From Coleofasciculus chthonoplastes F2-STO-03 (GTDB lineage: Bacteria; Cyanobacteriota; Cyanobacteriia; Cyanobacteriales; Coleofasciculaceae), in assembly GCA_040222015.1 (NCBI GenBank), contig JAVJWO010000041.1, positions 14,823 to 78,822 on the forward strand: a stretch of DNA of 64,000 nucleotides, written 5' to 3'. A program made the translations under genes and the position numbers. The notes below the pieces were generated by a model that worked only from the letters and a program-made list of their open reading frames with translations, made no database searches and was not told where the DNA came from. Below are positions 58,546 to 64,000 of the stretch, one piece after another (the first letter of the stretch is position 1; every line of letters starts with the position of its first letter).

Positions 58546-59346
58546 TTACCGTGGAGCGCATCGAACGGGGATAGTGGTCACATCTTGTATTTTAGCGGCA
58601 AAGGCTTGTAAGACATCCCCACTCACTTGTTTTAATTGTTGTACAGGATAGGGACGTGATTCGGTAGGGGTATGATTACCCCGTCCATCCAGTTGATGGG
58701 TTAAGGGTTTAGGGCGGGTGGGGGTGTTGAGTTGAATTTCATCGGGATGTAGCGATCGCACTAATTGCATGTAAGCGTCTTGACTAGGCTGACTCGGTGG
58801 GGTTAACAGCATCGTTTGTATCCCTATATGTCCTGGATATCTCTGACGAAATTCCTGGATACCTGTCCAGATTTTGAGCCAATCGACTTCCATGACAGGA
58901 CGATTGACACGCTGTAGTTGATCAGGATTCACCGCATCGAGTTTAACCGAGACTTTATCCGCCAAGGCTAACGCCGCCTGCACGTCTGAGTCACCTAAAA
59001 GCGTACCATTTGTCAAGACTAAGACAGGCTTGTGAGTCATTTCCTTAACCTGGGCAATAATCTCAGCCAGGTTGAGGGCTAGAGTGGGTTCGCCATTGCC
59101 ACTGAGGGTTACCACGTCTACATCCCAAGGGGCAAACGCTTGTAAATCTTGGACAATTTTTTCGGTAGGGACAAAAACTTGACGTTGGCTGGTGCGAACT
59201 TGAATTTCCCCTAACTGACAATATACACAGTTAAATGAGCAAGTTGATTGGAGTCCGATGGGATCAATACCCAGCGATCGCCCGTAGCGCCAGGAGTCCA
59301 CTGGACCATAGACGGAGGTAAATGCGGCGGTTGATTGAGTGGTCAT
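58546..59346 (-). CDS. Radical SAM protein (COG0731-like)
   Basis: YGPVDSWRYGRSLGID, CSFNCVYCQLG, SGNGEPTL, VLTNG. Confidence 0.9.
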   Translation of the reverse strand: MTTQSTAAFTSVYGPVDSWRYGRSLGIDPIGLQSTCSFNCVYCQLGEIQVRTSQRQVFVPTEKIVQDLQAFAPWDVDVVTLSGNGEPTLALNLAEIIAQVKEMTHKPVLVLTNGTLLGDSDVQAALALADKVSVKLDAVNPDQLQRVNRPVMEVDWLKIWTGIQEFRQRYPGHIGIQTMLLTPPSQPSQDAYMQLVRSLHPDEIQLNTPTRPKPLTHQLDGRGNHTPTESRPYPVQQLKQVSGDVLQAFAAKIQDVTTIPVRCAPR

Positions 59347-59433
59347 AATTTTTCCTCCCGTATTAGACGAGGATTTCTCACATCGGTTGCGAGGAGAAGT
59401 TTTCTCTATTGTCTCTCGGTTTTTTTCGTGCCG

Positions 59434-59988
59434 CTACTCAATCGCGACCGTTTGCCATTCTAATATAACCACTGAGGGAATTCTCAGGGTGGTCGTGCGA
59501 TCACTCTTCATCGGTAGAGAGAGTTTTACCCCTGTCGCTGTCGGTAATTGGGACAACACTTCTCTGATATTATACTCACCCACATTGGCTGCTGGGGATT
59601 GGTCAGCGAACAGATCCTCAGCCTCTAAGACTTTACCCGTATTCGTCGTAATTTTTAAAGGTTGGGGGTGAGCAAATTCTGCCATCCCAGGAAAACCAAC
59701 CAAACGTAGGCTAATGTCTTTAGGTTTACCTGCTTTAACCCGTTTGAATAGTACGATTTGCCAAGATTGACCCGTTTCATCCTGCAAAGTATGGCGGGAT
59801 TGATACAGCATCTGTCCGGGTGCTTCTTCGATTTGGCGGATAGAAGCGACGGCTGATGGAGGGGTAACGCTTCCCCAACCGATAAGCAGGACAATTGCAC
59901 CCAGTAACAGTAGCCTCGATAGCCATTGTCGCATCCCACACCAGATAAGGATTGTGGAGTTTGAGTTTTTAATTTTTGATTGTGCCAT
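59434..59988 (-). CDS. DUF3122 domain-containing exported protein
   Basis: EEAPGQMLYQSRHTLQD...SWQIVLFKR...LRLVGFPG...HPQPL; start uncertain (59988 or 59934). Confidence 0.8.
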   Translation of the reverse strand: MAQSKIKNSNSTILIWCGMRQWLSRLLLLGAIVLLIGWGSVTPPSAVASIRQIEEAPGQMLYQSRHTLQDETGQSWQIVLFKRVKAGKPKDISLRLVGFPGMAEFAHPQPLKITTNTGKVLEAEDLFADQSPAANVGEYNIREVLSQLPTATGVKLSLPMKSDRTTTLRIPSVVILEWQTVAIE

Positions 59989-60302
59989 TTTTGATTTGTT
60001 CAAACAACTTCACTCTATTTATGAATATATATCCAATTAGTTATTCTTGAAATAGGTATAGGGAAATTCGTACCCAATTTGCTCAAATAAGGGAAGTTCA
60101 GTGTCAAAGATGTTCTGTTCATCGTTTATGGTGCTAGCGAAGCGAGAAGCCAGCTACATCGTCCTTGGAACTCTACTAGGTAATGAACGATATAGCAGGT
60201 TGGGAGTGTCGCGAGTTAGTATTGGTAGTCCACTTGGTCAGCATTGCGCTATCCTAAAGAAGAGTTAGCCGGTAAGATATCAAGTTCTAGGAGGAATGTA
60301 TT

Positions 60303-60794
60303 ATAGCTAACAAAGACAAGCAACGAATCAACCGTCAAATCAAGTCTCCTCAGGTTCTCTTGATTGATCATGAGAATAACAATCGCGGTTTGACTGATAC
60401 TCGTGAGGCTCTACAACTGGCGAAAGATGTAGGTCTGGACTTGGTGGTAGTCTCTGAGCGTAAAGATGCTCCCGTTGCAAAAATTTTGGACTACGGGAAA
60501 CATCAGTACCAACAAAAGAAACGCCAACGCCAAAGCTCTAAACCAACGCTCAAGGAAGTGAAACTGCGTCCCAATGTGGGCGAGTCTGATTACAGCTTAC
60601 GCATCAATCGAGCTGTTGAATGGTTGAGCAAAGGCGATTCCGTAAAGTTTCAGGTGCGTCTGCGGGGTCGGGAACATCAACATCGCGATCGCGCCACAGA
60701 ATTGCTAGAGCGTGTGGTGTCTGATCTGGGTGAAGTTGGCAAAGTTCAGTCTTTTGATCGACGGGCACTGGTTGTTCAGATTGTTCCATCTTAG
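60303..60794 (+). CDS. infC: Translation initiation factor IF-3 paralog 1, non-AUG start (ATA 60303 or ATT 60300)
   Basis: AGGAGG at 60289-60294; in-frame IANKDKQRINRQIKSPQVLLID; GLDLVVV, PVAKILDYGK, KEVKLRP, RLRGRE. Confidence 0.9.
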   Translation: MANKDKQRINRQIKSPQVLLIDHENNNRGLTDTREALQLAKDVGLDLVVVSERKDAPVAKILDYGKHQYQQKKRQRQSSKPTLKEVKLRPNVGESDYSLRINRAVEWLSKGDSVKFQVRLRGREHQHRDRATELLERVVSDLGEVGKVQSFDRRALVVQIVPS

Positions 60795-61142
60795 TACAAG
60801 AGGGCAGACGGCAGACGCTTGTAAGGTAAGGTTTACGGTATCTGCTTTTTCACCTATTGTTAATGGGTGAGTTTTTCTGCGCCTGCTGCACTAGCTCCAG
60901 ATGGCACTGACTCAAGAAGAAATTCTGTTGACGACTAATTTACAAGGGCTTCACGCTCCCAGTGGGGCTTAATTCAGTGACATTCATTCGAGATTAGTGT
61001 TACTGTGTAAGCAACGTTCCTACTGCTTGCTAATGCCTAATTACCCACAACATTTCTCAAACCTTAGCGGGATGTGAGGTGATCAGCATTGGGTTAACCT
61101 GATAGTTAACCAGTGGGATGTTGAACTTAGGAGGAAAGTCTT

Positions 61143-61634
61143 ATCGCTAAAAAACAGAAACAACTGATTAACCATAAAATCAAATCACCTCAGGTTTTGT
61201 TGATTGACCATGAAAACAACAATCGTGGCTTGACAGATACCCGTGAGGCACTGCAAGTCGCTAAAGATGCGGGTCTTGATTTAGTAGTCGTCTCTCAAAG
61301 TAAAGACGCTCCCGTAGCAAAGGTTTTAGACTACGGAAAACATCAGTACCAACAGAAAAAACGTCAACGCCAAAGTTCTAAACCAACACTCAAGGAAGTG
61401 AAATTGCGTCCCAATGTGGGTGACTCCGATTACGGCTTACGTATTAAAAGAGCGCTTAATTGGTTGGATAAAGGTAATTTAGTCAAGTTTCAAGTGCGCC
61501 TGAGAGGGCGAGAACATCAACATCGCGATCGCGCCAGGGAACTACTAGAGCGTGTGATTGATGACCTCGGCGAAGCGGGAAAAGTCCAGTCTTTTGATAA
61601 GCGATCTCTGATTGTTCAGGTGGCTCCCGCCTAG
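61143..61634 (+). CDS. infC: Translation initiation factor IF-3 paralog 2, non-AUG start (ATC 61143)
   Basis: AGGAGG at 61129-61134; in-frame IAKKQKQLINHKIKSPQVLLID; highly similar to paralog 1. Confidence 0.9.
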   Translation: MAKKQKQLINHKIKSPQVLLIDHENNNRGLTDTREALQVAKDAGLDLVVVSQSKDAPVAKVLDYGKHQYQQKKRQRQSSKPTLKEVKLRPNVGDSDYGLRIKRALNWLDKGNLVKFQVRLRGREHQHRDRARELLERVIDDLGEAGKVQSFDKRSLIVQVAPA

Positions 61635-61691
61635 ATTAGCTTTTTACTCAGGGATCAATTGGGATGCTCCCGATACACTGGACTTCCCCAA

Positions 61692-61726
61692 GTTAATTTA
61701 GGTGATTCGATGTCACCTAAATTAAC
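61692..61726. promoter_or_regulatory. Perfect 14-bp inverted repeat (terminator or operator) between infC2 and the porin gene
   Basis: GTTAATTTAGGTGA-TTCGATG-TCACCTAAATTAAC. Confidence 0.5.
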
Positions 61727-61852
61727 ATTTAGTGGTGTTGCGTTAGCCTGTGAAGGCTTTATAATCAGTTCATCATAATCAGTCTACTACTTTACTAAGG
61801 TTGGGTTCAGCCAAACCAAAAAGGATCAGACATTTTGTGTGAGGAACTAATC

Positions 61853-63766
61853 GTGAATCAACATCACCTAAGATTTTGGGGGAAAATAGGTCTATTGTGC
61901 CTAATTGCTGGTGCTATTCCGTGGGATGCCAATCCTGCTATTGCCAAGACAACTGAGTTAGAATTGACGATTGCAGAGGAAGCCACTCATCCCATTAATA
62001 ATCTCCACGTTGGACTTAGCGATCGCACGCCTCTATCCGCGACACCTCTGAAGCAGACGGGGACAACGGATCAACCGACTCATCTACAAATAGCACAAGA
62101 GTTAGAGGATAATAACTCCCCAGTCACCTCTGTCTCAGATATGTTAGAACGCCTCGATTCAGAGTCATCCCCGATGGGACAAGTGACATCAGTTTCCCAA
62201 CTCTCCGATGTCTCTCCTGGAGACTGGGCGTATGAAGCACTCAGAAGCTTAGTTGAACGGTATGGTTGCATTGCCGGTTATCCCAATGGCACCTTTCGGG
62301 GAAACCGCGCCCTGACTCGCTACGAGTTCGCCGCTGGGTTAAATGCGTGTTTGCAACAAATTGAACGGTTAATCGTGGGGACGGGGGTAGATGACACAGA
62401 GTTAGTCACATTACGGCGACTGATTGAGGAATTTGAAGCCGAACTTGCTACCCTGGGCGCGAGAGTTGATAATTTAGAAGGACGAGTAGCCTTTTTAGAA
62501 GACCACCAGTTTTCTACAACCACCAAATTAAATGGTGAAGTCATTTTCTCACTCGTTGGGGCAACTAGCGATGATGAGAATGCTAATATTATTCTGGCTG
62601 ACCGAGTGCGCTTGAACCTGAATACCAGTTTTACCGGTCAAGATTTACTGATTACCGGCTTACAAGCTTATAACTTTGGCGGCGATATAACAGGTGCTGG
62701 TAGCGTTCAAGGGGCGTTATTTCCAGGACGAGACGCTTTTTTAAGTGAAGGTTCAACAAAACTCAGTTTTGAACCCCAGTTTCCCGAATTTAACCCTCAA
62801 GACTTGAGTGATAGTGCGGGTTCTAATGACGTTGAACTCTACAAACTCCTATACATTTTCCCATCCGGAGTCAACAATTTAACCCTATTTGCGGGAACAG
62901 CAGCAGAAGCATCGGATGCGTTTCCAGCGATTATTCCTTTTTCCAGTGAAGGACAGGGGGCGATTTCTCGATTTGCCACATTGAACCCTGTTGTACGTGT
63001 ATCTGGGGGAACCTCCCAAACAGGTTTAGCCTCGGCTGTCGGGTTTATTTGGGGTATTTCCGATACAATCGACCTGCGGGCGTTATACGGTAGCGTCAAT
63101 GCGGCGATTCCGGAACAAGGGGCGACTAATATCTTGGGTTCAGGGTTCTTTGGGGGGAGTACTGTAGCATCGGCGCAGCTTACGGTTAAACCCAGTTCTC
63201 AGTTTGATATTGGTTTGAACTATGCTTATAGTTATCATGACCTGAATATTATGGGTCTAGGATTAACTCGATTTTCCTCCAATCCGCTGAATATTCCTAA
63301 CCGCACAGTTGATGCTGATGGTAATCCCATCGTTGGCGGTATTTTGAATACACCCGTTCACGTTAATTCCTTAGGTGCGACTGCAACCTGGCGTATTTCT
63401 CCGAAAATTTCGCTGACGGGTTACGGTGCTTATTTCTTTGTTGATGCTGTAGCCGGTGCGGATGCATCTTCTGATTTCACGACTTGGATGGCGGGGTTAT
63501 ATTTCCAAGACTTATTTAAAGAAGGGAATACGGCAGGTTTAATTTTTGGACAACCTTTGCATCGGGTAGAAGCAGATGGTGAGGCTAACTTGACAGAACC
63601 CGGTGTTGACCGAGAAACACCCTATCATCTAGAGGCATTTTACAACTTTAAGGTTAGTGATAACGTCAGTATTACGCCAGGAGCATTTGTTCTGTTTAAT
63701 CCAGAAAGTGATAGCAATAACGATACCGCTTTAGTCGGTGTACTGCGAACTACATTTACCTTCTAG
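61853..63766 (+). CDS. Cyanobacterial outer-membrane porin (SLH domain + OprB-like barrel)
   Basis: QVTSVSQLSDVSPGDWAYEALRSLVERYGCIAGYPNGTFRGNRALTRYEFAAGL, QFSTTTKLNGEV, C-terminal LRTTFTF; GAGG before GTG 61853. Confidence 0.95.
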   Translation: MNQHHLRFWGKIGLLCLIAGAIPWDANPAIAKTTELELTIAEEATHPINNLHVGLSDRTPLSATPLKQTGTTDQPTHLQIAQELEDNNSPVTSVSDMLERLDSESSPMGQVTSVSQLSDVSPGDWAYEALRSLVERYGCIAGYPNGTFRGNRALTRYEFAAGLNACLQQIERLIVGTGVDDTELVTLRRLIEEFEAELATLGARVDNLEGRVAFLEDHQFSTTTKLNGEVIFSLVGATSDDENANIILADRVRLNLNTSFTGQDLLITGLQAYNFGGDITGAGSVQGALFPGRDAFLSEGSTKLSFEPQFPEFNPQDLSDSAGSNDVELYKLLYIFPSGVNNLTLFAGTAAEASDAFPAIIPFSSEGQGAISRFATLNPVVRVSGGTSQTGLASAVGFIWGISDTIDLRALYGSVNAAIPEQGATNILGSGFFGGSTVASAQLTVKPSSQFDIGLNYAYSYHDLNIMGLGLTRFSSNPLNIPNRTVDADGNPIVGGILNTPVHVNSLGATATWRISPKISLTGYGAYFFVDAVAGADASSDFTTWMAGLYFQDLFKEGNTAGLIFGQPLHRVEADGEANLTEPGVDRETPYHLEAFYNFKVSDNVSITPGAFVLFNPESDSNNDTALVGVLRTTFTF

Positions 63767-64000
63767 TAGTTGACCGCTTCTAAAAACCTAGACAAATCTA
63801 CCCATAAGTAATTCTGTCTTGGTATAAGTCCACGGTGTAACTTTTGGTCGATAACCGTTAACGCTTACGCTTGGCTGATACCCGGCATTGTCGCTCGATA
63901 TCAGCCAAAACCTTCGGTTCCCAGTTAGAGACGCGCTCCGTAATCGTGTCTACGATTGACTACAGGGCATCGACCAATAAAATTATTAAATTGATATAGA

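Noticed and set aside
63800..64000. Possible gene end on the minus strand at the window edge
   Set aside because: The best frame (…TITERVSNWEPKVLADIERQCRVSAKRKR*) is short, interrupted by an upstream stop and not recognisable.
1..64000. tRNA, rRNA, prophage or autonomous transposase/integrase genes
   Set aside because: None recognised by eye, including near the tRNA-modification cluster; tRNAscan-SE and ISEScan would confirm.

Overview
Chromosomal segment of a cyanobacterium. Evidence: abundant HIP1 octamers (GCGATCGC), heptameric STRR repeats, GTAG-type REP/REPIN-like elements, and pentapeptide, HEAT, CHASE2-cyclase/DUF928, PEP-CTERM, SLH-porin and PatA-type chemotaxis genes. The repeat load suggests a large-genome filamentous lineage such as Coleofasciculus (inference). 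The left half is mostly ordinary: TPR protein, CsbD stress cluster, a truncated SpoIIE gene before an slr1658/slr1659-like pair, Omp85, a sodium:solute symporter, HTH-TIR-like-AAA, EAL, an EstA-like autotransporter, nadE, an RcaC-like regulator and a WecB-family gene. The most notable region is 29.5-47 kb, a clustered tRNA wobble-U34/A37 modification pathway (two U32 proteins, a TrmN6/YfiC-like methyltransferase, cmoA, cmoB). The normally adjacent cmoA and cmoB are separated by an ~11 kb restriction-like defence module: SNF2 helicase-DUF3883 nuclease, a small PD-(D/E)XK protein, a DUF1156 DNA methyltransferase, a Uma2 remnant, and a Swt1-like HEPN-DUF499 ATPase with an intact RxxxxH motif. The right part holds a Pix-like chemotaxis operon whose receptor GAF lacks the bilin-binding Cys, two radical SAM genes, two tandem short IF-3 paralogs with non-AUG starts, and a porin. 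No tRNA, rRNA or CRISPR array was seen. All family assignments are by motif recognition; no searches were run.
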